A DNA stretch of 62,866 bases, filler included, from Phoronis australis (taxonomy: Eukaryota > Animalia > Phoronida), in NCBI GenBank assembly GCA_002633005.1. It is 3 parts of 3 records of this genome, joined end to end, with 100 filler letters (N's around TTAATTAATTAA, not from the genome) between each part and the next. Parts side by side here need not be neighbours in the genome. Positions count along the whole stretch, not along the records: positions 1 to 22,489 come from NMRA01000487.1; positions 22,590 to 40,637 come from NMRA01000379.1; 1 more part is not named here. One strand, given 5' to 3'. The position numbers were made by a program, and so were the translations under genes. The notes beneath the pieces were generated by a model. The model was not told the origin of the DNA. It searched no databases and saw only the letters and a list, made by a program, of their open reading frames with translations. Below, in pieces: positions 12,926 through 25,527 of the stretch (position 1 is the first letter of the stretch; every line of letters starts with the position of its first letter).

Positions 12926-14565
12926 AGGAGAATGCCACCCAAAAAACAACCTATTTTGTATCAATTTAGATCGAGTAGTTCTACTCGATAACGGCACGTT
13001 CGGTTGCGTTACCTGACACCTGACGGCAGATGGAGGTTTTGAAATTATCCAATGACGTAATTGGTTTCACACGCCGTCTGTTCAGCAGTTCACAACACGG
13101 GTTATTGGTGTCAGCTTATCGCTTGAATTCATCGTTTAACACCAATCATCAAACTTCGATGCAAAACTCTTAAAAATACACCGGATTCTTATAAAACCGT
13201 GTTGTTTTATTTCGCTGTTCCGGATTTACTGGTATTTGGACACACCGCAGCCTACAAAGTTCGGCAGGCCAATTTACCAAGGTCCGTAGCAGGAGTTTGG
13301 GGTCTGTTTGGAGATTAATTCGAAGTATTCTTCCGTGAAAAACAGACAGGAGAACCTAGATCTGTGTTGTTTATACTTGTGATTTTTTGAGTTCGAAACC
13401 CAATCAGGCCCGTCATGGCCGGACTGACTCGTTATCCCGGCCAGTGGCTCGGAACACTGGTACGAACATAAACCAGCTTGAATTGGAAACTAAACCTCCA
13501 GCCACGAAAAGACTATAATAGTGAGCCAAAGAAATAATGCGCACGTAATTATTTATGTGAATTAGCCACGAAACTGAAAATCTACTTACTTGTCGGGGGC
13601 CGCGAAGTCGGGTTCCCCTTCCACAGACCGTCAGGGCAAAGGTTGTACAGTAACAATGATTTGAACAATGTTTTTGTATTTCTAAATAAAGATTCCCCTA
13701 ACATGTGACCATCGCATATAAAATAGAGTAATTGCTTCACAACAGCTTTCTGTCAGCAAACACTGAGTTAGCGTGCTCTCACACGGTCTCAGTGCCCAGT
13801 GAATTACCTTTGTTGCCGGCATTAAAAGCCGGTAACGCAGTGGCTTCTCAAAACATTTACACTCACGAGCACTCCAAGGCATTACAAATTGTACCTAATG
13901 AGACGGACTTTGTTTCAGTTTCATATAAGCATTGATTAGGATGAGAATAATTCATTTTGAAACAGAACGCAGAATAATAAACGTCTGCATGGCAACTCGC
14001 CCTGGGCCAATCCCAACTTAGCCAAGAGCTCATCCGACGAAGACTTCACGGTTCGGATCGTTAAGTTTCACAGGCTATCAGTTCGAACCGGGATACACTG
14101 ATCGAAAAACACTATAGAGGCGCTGTGAACATGCACAGGCAACGGAACGTATGGATGGTTCTTTGGTAACCCGATTCGTCAGAGAAATCACTGTGGACGA
14201 AATGCTGGCCCGGCACAGACACGGAGATGTTTCACGGCCTCATACTTGCTATTAACAGCTTACCTTTCATTCTTCACTACCGCGAGCCACTGCTTAAGCA
14301 TTTCGGGCTCTCGAGGAAGTCGAAAAAAAACGATAAACCCGCTTTCTTTGCAGCTTCATAGTTTGGACAAGCAGGAACGATGCACCGCAATATAGCGGCA
14401 TTCACTCTGCAGACGAACCACTGACGTCGCTGCGTCGTTTCTCACCTTCCTCACAGGTTAGCGCGACACCTCTCGGCAAGGTGAAGTCGACCGTATAAGA
14501 GGCGATGTGGATATAGACCGATTAGGACAGTAAAAAAGACTAATTAAATCGGGTGGCATTCTCCT
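12926..14565 (-). mobile_element. Kolobok-type DNA transposon (non-autonomous) with a decayed THAP domain
   Basis: Perfect 15-bp TIR AGGAGAATGCCACCC and TTAA TSD (12922-12925, 14566-14569). Minus strand ~14190-14401 reads, with frameshifts, MPL..CIVPACPNY...LPREPEMLKQWL...HLRVC..HF. Confidence 0.85.
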
Positions 14566-14619
14566 TTAATTGTGTTTGATTCTAAACAGATGACCATTAC
14601 ATTGCTAATTATTACTGTC

Positions 14620-15230
14620 AAACAAATATTTGATGTATACACTAGACAAGGCCATCATAGTAATTTGAGATCTTGCACCCGATATGCAATTCCTCCGTCA
14701 TTCAGTCAGGCATTCAGAAGGTCTACAGTCATGATGTGCATCACCAACTGAAATTCTCTTCCAGTCTGTTAAGGAAAGCAACTCTTTTACAAGTGTAAAA
14801 AATAATTTTAGAACTGTTTTTCACAATTTTGATAACTCATCACCCTTAACTCAATTCTTCCTTCCCCGCGATAACGAAATAGCATTGTACAGATCAAGAT
14901 GTGGCCTTTTCCTCAATTCTGACAAGTTTAGGCATAACTTTAGTAACTCCAAACTGTAAATGTGGTGACCATCAATCTTATCCTGATATTTTCCTTAAAT
15001 GTCCCCTCATCGAATACCTGAGAGACTCACTCTTTCGTGCACTCAATGAAAACCAATCAATTGTTAATATTCTCAATTCTTGTAATAACATCTCTAATAA
15101 AGTTACATTATTATTGAATGGTAGTCCTAGCTTTGACGTCGTTCTCAATAAATTTCTCCTAAGCAACGTTGGCAAATTTTTATGTACCCTTTATCAATAT
15201 TGCTGCTTCTGATTTCCATACATGAATTTG
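14620..15230 (+). mobile_element. CR1-type LINE 3' fragment
   Basis: CKCGDHQSYPDIFLKCPLIEYLRDSLF...LLLNGSPSFDVVLNKFLLSNVGKFL fits the CR1 ORF2 C-terminus pattern CxCG...FLxCP...R..LF...LLxG...N...V..F. Confidence 0.7.
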
Positions 15231-15318
15231 TACATGTTTTTGTTTTTATATATTCGCAATAGCATATCTAAATATTGGGATACTTATATTAGATACTACT
15301 TAAATGTATATACCTCTA

Positions 15319-16933
15319 TGTATTCGCCGTAATAACCGCCCATGCCCCTATAAGCGCCCCCCACGCATTTTCAGACTTCGCTGAAATAAGCGCCCAGTGC
15401 ATGAACGTGTACATGCGAACAATGACGTACCTAGTCCTAAAACTCGGCTACAGTAACGTCTTCAATTTATCAAGAAAATTTTGCACGGGTCTTCTAGGCC
15501 ACCAGCGACACTGCTACGTTTGTATTTAGCCGTGACTATGACACTTCAAAGTAACGCAGCGCTTCTAAAAGAACTCAACAGCGTTGCTACTCTCGCGACG
15601 ACCGTGTCCCACTATGGTCTGACCTTTCAGTACAGACACATCGACTGTCTCATGAATAACTCGGCGTTAAACGCACATGGCCAGGAAGCACGCGCTACAT
15701 ATATGAACTTGTCATCAAAGACATTTTGAGTCGGGAACTATCCATTCATGAAACGGGTAGCATAGCATCGGTAAGAAATGAATATTGGCACTAATTTCCG
15801 ACAATTTCTAATACTATAACGTAGAAAATATATATCTGAAACTGAATAAGGCGATCCAGATCCTCCCAAGGATACTATTGTTTCAAGAAATGAAGAATAT
15901 AAATCGGTAAATAAAACAACAAGAATGGATCAACTGAAATTTGAAATTTTCGGATGTAACAACTTCCTTTATCAACAAAAACAGAAATAAAGTAAAATCA
16001 AACGCCTAATACTATAAAACATGTTTGCGTTATTTTTGAGATGGATTGTTCGATTAACCGTAATTGGGGTTTTTAAGCCGAATATCCGATAAAATGACAA
16101 CCGACAGTGAATGCTTACACACCTTTACACCGAAAATTAACTGTCACTGTCAGATAGTTAATTACGCATCCAGCTACACGGAGACTAATATGGGCCTTAC
16201 CGAGACAAATGTCGAACGTTTTTAGCACATGAGACCGGCAAGTGCTGAATGAAACACGCTCTGGTTTAGGCCTACTGCTTGTGCAAATTTCATTTCTTTA
16301 GACACAATGCACATCTAGCTCGTTAGATTGCGTGGCTCTGGCCAAAACACGGTCTCTGCTTTGGCAAATGAACTCTGGTGACACGCACGCGCTCGTTTAC
16401 TCACAAACGCAGACGAACTTGAAAACAAATGTCACGTGACAATAACGTGTGTTCGTCCAGACATTTTTCTCGCCGTGTTGCCGATCAAACATGGGGATGG
16501 CACGATGTTGCACAGATTTGTACTTACACCTGCCGTTAATCCAGACTCCACGGGAACTTAAAAAAATCTTAGGGACGCTACTTAGAAAACTAAATGAAGA
16601 TTTCAGGTAATTTGCTTGAGTCGAAACTATTTTTATTCAAGCATTGAAGTCGCCATCAAGACGGCGATTTCGCGGCAGTCAGTCGCCCTGGGATTTCAGC
16701 ACACTTTTCTGTAAAGTGATCGTAATTTAGCAGCAAAGTTTGATAGCAATGCACCACAGTTTTGTTGAAAGTCTTTCACAGATTACAGATACGTCACAGA
16801 GAGTAAATTTGATGAATCTTAGCTTCCGATTTCACCCGTTTCGGAGACCGGGTTTCAACCGCCTTGGGTTATAATAAGCGCCCCCTGAACCGAACTTTTC
16901 TAAGCGCCCTGGGCAGTTATTATGGCGAATAGG
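15319..16933. mobile_element. Tc1/mariner-pogo (Tc2/Tigger-type) non-autonomous element
   Basis: TIRs tattcgccgtaataaccgccca / tgggcagttattatggcgaata, TA on both flanks, subterminal taagcgccc repeats at both ends. Confidence 0.7.
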
Positions 16934-17234
16934 TAGTTTCATTTATGAATTGTTTACAACCCAGATATAATGCTTCGCGATTTCTGGGTTTGTCATCATT
17001 TCTTTGTATGTCTTGTGTATAGGCTTGGAATTTTCCTGGGAAATGCAGATTTCCGCTTTTTTCTTTTATTCCCTCCGCATATTTTTGTTATATTTCCGTG
17101 GAAAAATCTGATTTGCCATAAAATTATCGCGACAAATTGGTTTCTCACCGCGGCGTTGCCGACGACTCGAAAAGCGGAAACTGCTCTTTATATTTCGGAG
17201 GAACGAAAAGTACTTGCGGATCACAGGCGCTCGA

Positions 17235-17434
17235 ATGGGGCTATTCGGAAAATCTACAATAACTAGAGGGCGCGCGTGTTCTAGTGGTGATAGATTAACA
17301 GCCTCGATTTCGCGAGCCCTTTAAATACATGGTGAAATGGCTTGCAGACGTGTCAACTGAATCTGAGATTGCGTGAAAAGGGTGCTTCTATGAGAGGAAG
17401 TAAGCACGACCTTATACAAAGGTAAGGTTAGTGA
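17235..17434 (+). mobile_element. End of a PIF/Harbinger- or ISL2EU-type element; near-identical copy at 61906-62107
   Basis: ~200 bp almost identical to 61906-62107, starting atggggctattcggaaaa. The same terminus occurs inverted at ~22765-22778 (tccgaatagccccat). Confidence 0.7.
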
Positions 17435-18535
17435 TTATTACTCTGCGCGTGTAAGCGCAGAGTGCTGTTGTTCCTGGGTTTTCTTCAATTTTATTCTTCT
17501 TATTCTTATTCTTATTCTTCTTCCGACCAACTTTGAGGCTTAATAACTCCAAATTGGGTGCAGGTACGGTCTTTAAATTCGGCATATGACTTTTGACGGT
17601 AAATAAATTTTGATTGGTTATATAATTATATTCCATATTGCACCGGAAGAGGTCATTTGGTGCAAAGGTCATATAATTTTCAAAATGCTACTCCTCCTTC
17701 AGTTTTAAAGCTATCTTTTTCAAATTCGGTGCACAGGTATAAGTCAACATGACAATTTAAAAAACTACTTTTCTAAGCAATCGGGTCATCCAATCAGGTG
17801 AAATAGGTCAAAGGTCAATAGGTGCAAACTAAAATTTTGAGCTAGACACTTCAAATTGACAGGTCTGATTGCCACAGGTAAATCAAATCGGAATCCAAAG
17901 TTTCAGGTCATTTAGTGCAAACATGGGGTCATTAGGTGCATTTTTCTTCTGAAAATTTGACCTTTTCAATCAGCAAGTATTCTGATGTGTCAACCGTTAG
18001 ACAACTGTGATTCTCAGCGTTAAACACATTTTCCATGGGCTTTGCAATAATTCTCCTAAAGATGCTTAAAATGCACCGGATAAGGTCAATTAGTGCAAAG
18101 GTCATGTAACGTTCAAAATGTTATATCTCTTACGTTTTTCAAGGAATTCTTTTCAATTTCAGCACACTGGTGTAAGTCAACATGCCAATTGAATACCCTA
18201 CTTTACTTCGCAATAGGCCTAACCAATCAGAAAAAATAGGTCAAAGGTCATTGAGTGCAAACTAAAATTTTGAGCTAGAGACTTCAGAATTACGTATCTG
18301 TTTACTAAGTGCGATTGAGTTTGAATTCTAAATTTTCAGGTCATTTGGTGCACCCATGGGGTCATTAGGTGCATTTTTCTTCTGAAAGTTTGACGACTTC
18401 ATTCATCTTGTATTCTGAAGTGCTTAAAGTAAAACATCTGTGATTATTAGCATTAACCACACGAGTTAACAATTACTCCCTCATCAGGGCTCATAATGCC
18501 CTGGAAGAGGTCAATTAGTGGAAAGGTCATAACTA
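17435..18535 (+). mobile_element. Helentron-derived HINE/DINE-1-like element with internal ~430-bp tandem repeats
   Basis: Starts TTATTA with a perfect 9-bp hairpin ACTCTGCGC-gtgtaa-GCGCAGAGT (17440-17463), then a (TTCTTA)n tract. Repeat units start near 17639, 18072 and 18497. The 3' end is not defined. Confidence 0.7.
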
Positions 18536-18917
18536 GGTTGTGAGCAAGGAATACTTGGCTTTTTAAATTGCACAATATTTGCTTTCTCAGCATTCAAGTC
18601 TCCACTTACTGTGCCAGGCACTTAACACATTCAGCATATTCTTCATTTCACTCACATTATTGGCTATCAAAGCAATATCATCTGCAATATGTCGCCGTGT
18701 GTTTTCAATGGAACCACATCATTTTGGCTTGAATTCTCGCCTTGAAATATTTACTGAATGCTCCCCAAAAATATGACAAATCTGTGTCACTTAATAACAC
18801 ACACTCCCCAACTTGGCTGGTACTGCTTAGTTAACAAAAAATGACGTTCAAGGGTAGTAAAATTTCCAAAAATATGTTTCAAGTGATGTATTTAGCGGTA
18901 GGAAACGAAATTACATA

Positions 18918-19745
18918 CCATAAACTCACGGGTTAATGCCCATGCCCGGGTGACTGCCCACCCTGACTTGCTAAATTTCAATGTATAAAGCACCTTCTGT
19001 TCGGGTAATCGCCCACTTTGTGCAAATTTCAGCTTCTCAGATAATCTGCCATCCCCAACTTACCGCTAACAGAACTTGAGCTTGAACTTGTGCTTTTGTT
19101 CGCATATTTGCTTCTGGCTCGGACTTTCGTGTTTGCGGGAAACATGGCATGCTTACGTACAATAGTCTCCAAAAGGGCACTTTTTAGCCAGTATTTGTGG
19201 AATAACTTAAACGCTGCTACTACATTTTCTTAAACTTATTAAGTGGTCTTTTGTTAAATTAATATGGGCCAGCACTGTAGTTTTTTTATAGAACTGACAC
19301 TTAATTAAGGAAACAAAATGTCACGTTCACTGATCTGAAACAGTAGTTACTGAAACGGTAAGTGGACAGCTATTCGAGTTTATTAAAGTTCTGCAGTATG
19401 ACGTTTTGCAATGCGCTAATATATTTCAAAATGTCTTAGTTTGTAGTAGCAGTCTCGCGAAATCGCCCTTTCAAAGTCGAAATCCTATTTCTGGTTGAGC
19501 CATGAGAAACTTTGTGGTTGTCTTGTTCGGCTGATTGACCGAACTTACAAGTTCCGTGCTCGAATGACCCCACACGCTTACCCAGTTTGGCTAAAATTTG
19601 GACGTAAGCGGCCACTGCTTGGGTAATCGCCCACCTCCGTGTTTTGTCAATTTTCAGTTTAAACACCCACAGCTTGGGTGAGCTCACCCCTTGTCTTGGG
19701 GTTTCCCAATTTAAGTGCCCAGGGCATTAAATCGCGAGTTTACAG
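18918..19745. mobile_element. pogo/Tc2-type MITE
   Basis: TA|CCATAAACTCACGGGTTAATGCCC ... GGGCATTAAATCGCGAGTTTACAG|TA, with internal gggtaatcgcccac repeats. Confidence 0.75.
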
Positions 19746-20144
19746 TATAAAAACAAAAGTGAAAAATCAAACATCGTGGAAAGAAATCTAGATCGTGCAC
19801 ATACATTTTTGTTTACTCTTAATCTTGTGCTGCTTTGTCAAGTTTTGTGCCATTAATTTCCAACAATGCACCACTCATTGTGTAAACAGAACTTTCAATT
19901 CAACTTGCCTGTCAGGCAAGCAAATTTGAACTTTCTCTTGCCCAATGCCGAAAGTTACCTGTTGTCAGTTTATCGCACAACTGTTAGTGTCAAGACTTGC
20001 GCCATGTTTCAAGGGAGGTGTATGGACTATTAGAGTTTACGAACTGTTAGAGAAAACATGTTAGTTAGATTTACAGTCAGTTTCAAATTAAGATGTGTGA
20101 CGATTATGCAACTTATTGTGGATTATAACTTTATCTCCTTTCAG

Positions 20145-20398
20145 ACTCGGCTGGAATGGATTGGTTGTCCACCCCTTCTGGCAAGGGTCACTACTTCATT
20201 TGGCAAAGGACTTCCCTGACCTGGCGAACTCTTTGCAACATGATGATAGTCCCACCACAGTGCGAGACTCTACGCGGAGCTCGTTGTTTGAGCATCACAG
20301 TAGCTCCGTTCTTGGCCACGTGAAGACGCTTGATTTGAAGCGCAGTGGTGAAACAACTCTGCAAGATGTGCCCGAAGTAGATTTGGATGCTAGTACAG
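20145..20398 (+). CDS. ULK4: ULK4 internal exon, end of kinase domain (RLGWNGLVVHPFWQGSL...DAST)
   Basis: ctcctttcag acceptor, open frame, gtgatt donor. Matches recalled RLTWTRLLQHSFW. Confidence 0.88.
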
Positions 20399-22069
20399 GT
20401 GATTGCAAACTTGAAATTCACTAGGTGGCGTTCCTTTGACCATAGCCTTCCCTGTATAAGTGCAGCCCTGGGTCCCGTTCCAGTAAAACTGTTTTAGCTA
20501 AGAGAATTCTTAAACTAAAGACCAAACATAAGTCAGAAATTTAAGACAAACTTAAGTTTTGTCTTGACCTACTGGTTGTGGAAGTTTTCACATTTGCATG
20601 TTGAGAATAAAGCACATCCTGTAGACAACAACATGAACTTGGGGAAAAGGAATCCCAAGTTTTCTGGGCCAAGTTGTCCTGCTTGGTGGCTGGTGTTACT
20701 CGCTATCATGATGTCCATTCATCAAAATTTCATTTTTAGTCTGTGCTCTTTGATAAAAAATACCCATTTAAAAATGAGCACTTCTGATTGTGCCTGCGAT
20801 ATCAGCAAATGTGATACACTTAATACACTGTATTCAAAGATAACAGTGCATGTTATCAGTCAGTCCAATAATTTTACATGACTGTGCACTGAAGACTGGT
20901 TGGTCACAGCTTTTTGAACTAATTTGCAATGAATGACGCAAGAAGAAACTTGATTACATTAGTTTTGGACATTAACTTTGATCAACGACCACTTGGAGTT
21001 TAACGTGTGGTAGTCTTGCTTGCACAGGAATCAATATTCTTTTTCTGGTGATGCTCGTATCGCAATTCACCACACATCTATGCATCCAGCAACCTGGGGA
21101 ATACCTAATGAAAGTGTCGCTTGTTCAGCCCAATGATATCGGTCAGGTTGTCTGGGGACCGAGAGGTCACGGGAATTCATGATCGCATTTGTAACTTTCA
21201 TGGCTGTTCTTGACATACTTGCTTTGCTGAGGCCCTTGGCATCACCGAGAACAGTTTGTAAACTGTCCTAGTTTTTCAGAACAAAGCTATCAACCATTAG
21301 AGTACAGCCGTTTTTGCTCAAAATTCTGTAAAAAGTCCATACTTAAAAAATTAAGACCTGTTTCAAACTGAGACATGGTTACCTTGAAAATGCCGTTATC
21401 AACACATTGACAAAAGACCAATGTGATTGGAGGATCAATATTTTTATGGTCTCTGTTCAAAGTCAAAAAAAAATTTAATAAAAAAACGCATATCTTGTGA
21501 AGAAATAAAGACATTCAAGTAAATAAAAATTATAGTAAATTTTGTTTGGAAATTTCTTCACCTTTCAGAAAATATAAACTTTGTGGGGGTTAGAGCTCAC
21601 AGAATTTTATTAAGATATTTGCACATAAATGTGACATGGTAAAAAAGGTTCACAGTTACCTTGTATTTCTGCAGTGACACTATTAGGCAAGTGCGGTTGA
21701 AAAATTACGGTGACTTTTGGCCATTACGGCTTGCTCTGAATATTCTCAATGATTTCAGAACATCGCACATGCTCTTGTCTGTATGTACTGTTGCAACAAA
21801 TATTGGTCACAGTTATTACAGCGTGCGTTGTTCTGAAATTATGATAAGACTCCGAAGAAGTTAGTAGTATCACATTTACATAATGTTGACAGTAAATTTT
21901 CAGTAATATTAAAACAGTTGAATTATTACTACTCACCGTGTAATAGCTTTGTGACCCATAAGATTCCACTCACAAGTAAGCCGTGTGTTTTTCTAAATGG
22001 ATAGTCTTCGGTAAACTTGTCAATTCTGTGATTCACACTGTAATGAAAATACATTTACATTTTTATCAG

Positions 22070-22145
22070 GTTCTACTATATCAGAAGCCCTCCGCCCCAA
22101 GCATTTTACTCGAGACGGAACACACCCAAATCCATTTGTCCTCAG
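22070..22145 (+). CDS. ULK4: ULK4 internal exon (GSTISEALRPKHFTRDGTHPNPFVL)
   Basis: ttttatcag / gtaaga splice sites, phase 1 compatible with the previous exon. Resembles recalled ULK4 RPKS...FLLS. Confidence 0.75.
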
Positions 22146-22489
22146 GTAAGAAGTATTATTACAAGGAAAAAAGTGTAATTAAATATTGAGATATGAAAAC
22201 TTGTCTCGGTTTTTTCAATGATCAATTCATTGTCTGAGTAGACGCAGTGTGAGTTTTGATTCATTTTTTTCATTTAGTTCATTTTTGGATGGGAGGGAAA
22301 GAAAGACTTGGAAAAATGAATCGTCTAAATTATACCATTTATCCTACACTTTTGATTTGGTACAAATTGCTATGACAAAACCACGTAATGTATTAAATAA
22401 ACACAGCGAACTAAATTCCATTTAAAGTAACATCACAGATACTGTTTGTTACTCTCCTGTGTTGTGCCGTTTTTTTTTTTTTTTTTCAT

Positions 22490-22589
22490 NNNNNNNNNNN
22501 NNNNNNNNNNNNNNNNNNNNNNNNNNNNNNNNNTTAATTAATTAANNNNNNNNNNNNNNNNNNNNNNNNNNNNNNNNNNNNNNNNNNNN
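22490..22589. other. Assembly spacer N44-TTAATTAATTAA-N44
   Basis: Exactly 100 nt. The self-complementary 12-mer has stops in all six frames, and the identical construct recurs at 40638-40737. Confidence 0.97.
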
Positions 22590-24227
22590 GAATTTGTGGC
22601 CACCTGTCGAAGACTTGCACCAGGGAAATTAGCAGTAATAAGGCTTAGCGCGACGACGTATTTTGATAAAAATTCCATCTTTTACCAGTTGTTTACATGC
22701 AGACAGCCACGCATGCGCAATTCAATCACCACTAGTACAGCCGCGACACCGCGAGGAGAATTCTCCGAATAGCCCCATTTGTGGTGTGTTGTACAGACAA
22801 TCGGTGTTTAATTCAGTGGGATATGTTCAAGAAACGTGAATCGGAAAGTTGTGGTTGTGCCTTTTCGGTGTGCATTTTTCTACTGTCGTTGACTAGCCTG
22901 TTGACAGTACAGCAATAGTGTCCTTTTCGGCAACCGATTTCAAGCTCATAAATTACCCAGGTCGCAGATAACGGTACTCTGTTTTTCTGACGTAGAAAGC
23001 AAACGTGGTTTGCAAAAATGATGACAAAGCTAAAATCATTCACAGTTTGCCATTTTCTGTCTTTGGGGTACAGCTAATCAATAACTGCCGAGTTAACATC
23101 AACCAATGATAAAACGTGTGCTACTGAATGATACCTGCGTGTCCCTTTCTCCCTAGCGGACACGCAGGGCACCTGAGCGAGCGCAAAAGATCGCACCGCA
23201 GCACCAGAAGAATAATGTAGAACCCCAATCTTCAATAAGTTTTCTAAAATTGCCATATAGTAAAACAACATACCACAACAACTATTTAAAGTACGGGGAA
23301 GATTTATTTTTATCAAACTGTATGTTTGACAGAAAGTCCGGGATTGGTGTTTCGGTCCCCGGATGTCCTATTCGATCCCCGGGTTTCTGTTTCAAAGGTC
23401 AGGTTCGTGTTTTTCGGACTGGTTAGCTGTTTTGGATGTGTAGGAGTCTGCTTTTGACTCTGTTTTGGAATACCTGTTTTCACCTGGTTTCCTGTTTGAA
23501 TGGAACACTCTGATATACAGCGCCTGATTTTGTACGAGGAGAAAATGGGTGATACTGAGTCCAATAATTACAAAAATTGTTTTCACCAAACAAAAAAATT
23601 CACCTGATTGCCTTAAAGAATATTCAATTCCAAGTTCACGCATACGTATTCTTGAGATTAAGCAGGATTACACGCAAAAGGTTTGGTGAAGAGATATCCC
23701 TACTGGGCGCTAATTGGCCGTGCACAACGCTCACCGCTGACATTGAAGAGCGACGCAAGAAAGCTTCAAACACTGTCTGCTGAATAATAAAATACCAGTT
23801 CTTCAGGATTTATATTGTTGCTTATTTGATGTGAAAAATTTGTTTGTTCTGATAATCTTACGTCATTGTGTAAGTTTGTGTGGTCATTCACTGACTAATC
23901 TGCACATAATAAAAAATGACAGATATTTCGCTAAACAAGCAAAGGCTGTCTCAGTTCCAATGCAAAGTAAACAAATGACCCTTCGACGGCGCTCGCGAGG
24001 TGTCTCGTGCGCTCACTCACCATGATACCAAGTTACTGCAGGGTGAAAAATTGGCAAGAAAAGAAAGATCTGTTGGCTAAACGAAATCACGAACGTTTAC
24101 CGAAAATATTAATTTCTGGGGCAAAACATTCGTCGTAGCGTTGTTTAATTTGAACAAAAGTCTACCTGTGACCGAAACTCAAAAAATCAGATTCTAAAAG
24201 CAATTATCAGTTTCACTTCTCCCTAAC

Positions 24228-24308
24228 CTTTTCTGGGTCCGTTTTGTAAGCTGCCGGCCATTGATCTGTATCGTCGTAATACAGCAATAATTTTTGAGTT
24301 GCATAATC
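24228..24308 (-). CDS. TMEM145: TMEM145 coding exon 3 (DYATQKLLLYYDDTDQWPAAYKTDPEK)
   Basis: tttcag acceptor, gttagg donor, 81 nt, phase 0. Matches recalled QNILLYFDDPSQWPAVYK. Confidence 0.9.
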
Positions 24309-25073
24309 CTGAAATAGAATGAAAATTCAACGTACATTTAAAAGCGTTTACAGTCCCATTTCACATAAAATGTTATTGTTCACTCATGACAACACATTTG
24401 CTGTTCTATTAGAAAAGCTATTTGGGCAGTTCAACTCCTTTGCCATGATATAAGAAAAACGTTGTGGCACGAAGTGGCTTATTAATGCGTTCGTTAAAAT
24501 CGATGTCATTTTTCTGACTCAGAGGAAAGTTGCTTCATTTCTGTAGCCTCCTAAGCAGTTTTGTAACCTAGACAGGTTGTCACCGGTGACATGGTTCAAG
24601 TTGTCTCTGCAAATTACTCGTCACCATTTGACGGTGTAAAAAATATGTGGTGACAAACAGGAAAAAATTGTCCACATATAAAATAATGCCCATGTGCGCA
24701 TGCACCATTTTCATAGAAACATGACTTTTGCATTCAGTGTGACATGGAGTGATTCAATTGTCCACTTTTCTACTGTACAATCCTCGACTTTTCACTCTAT
24801 GTCAGTGCATCGTTTTTTACATCCTAGTGACCTCGCATCTGCTTCAGTATTTATAACATGTTCACTTCGTATTGCATCCTTTAAACTGATATCGTACGAA
24901 AACAATATACTTTTTATGATTTTCTATGAATAAAAACATGCTTATGAACTGGAGACAAGTCGCTGTCGTCGAAACAAATTGCTTTTCCTTGGCCTGATTA
25001 AACGGCGCTTTCATGTGATAGCATAATAACAAATTGTAGTAACCACTCGTGCGCACGCAAACTACTAGCTTAC

Positions 25074-25148
25074 CTTTGGATAAACTATCTCGAATTTGAA
25101 CCCGCCTTTCTTTGACATGAAGCAAAATCTGGTGATAAAATGCCAGTC
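25074..25148 (-). CDS. TMEM145: TMEM145 coding exon 2 (DWHFITRFCFMSKKGGFKFEIVYPK)
   Basis: ttccag / gtaagc, 75 nt. Matches recalled DWVFLTRFCFLS...YP. Confidence 0.92.
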
Positions 25149-25428
25149 CTGGAATACAAGATACCTTTCCACGTCAGTTGCAGAAGATTTTTCCATACAT
25201 CAATAATCAAGGTCTCCTCTAACGCATGGCTGGGTTTTAACTATTCATACTTAGTGAAAACAACATTTCTTACAAAATCTAACTTTTTCAATTCATGGAG
25301 CAGTAGCGCTACGTGTGCTACGTTTATCGAGCAATACCCGTTGAATATTTTTGTCAACAGCCAATTGCAGGTCAAGATAAACTCTAAAATATAAACAGTT
25401 TAGACAATTTGAGACAGATAATATTTAC

Positions 25429-25527
25429 CTCCTTGGTATTGAAACTGCCTTGCACTACCTTCCCATCAACTGGGACTGTGTCTAGTGTAACAAGTACATG
25501 TACAAAAATTAACCATAACCATGTCAT
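25429..25527 (-). CDS. TMEM145: TMEM145 coding exon 1 with signal peptide (MTWLWLIFVHVLVTLDTVPVDGKVVQGSFNTKE)
   Basis: ATG, hydrophobic leader, GKVVQGSFNTKE similar to recalled AKYVRGNLSSKE, gtaaat donor. Confidence 0.88.

Noticed and set aside
22534-22545. TTAATTAATTAA palindrome (also 40682-40693)
   Set aside because: Synthetic six-frame-stop linker centred in N runs.
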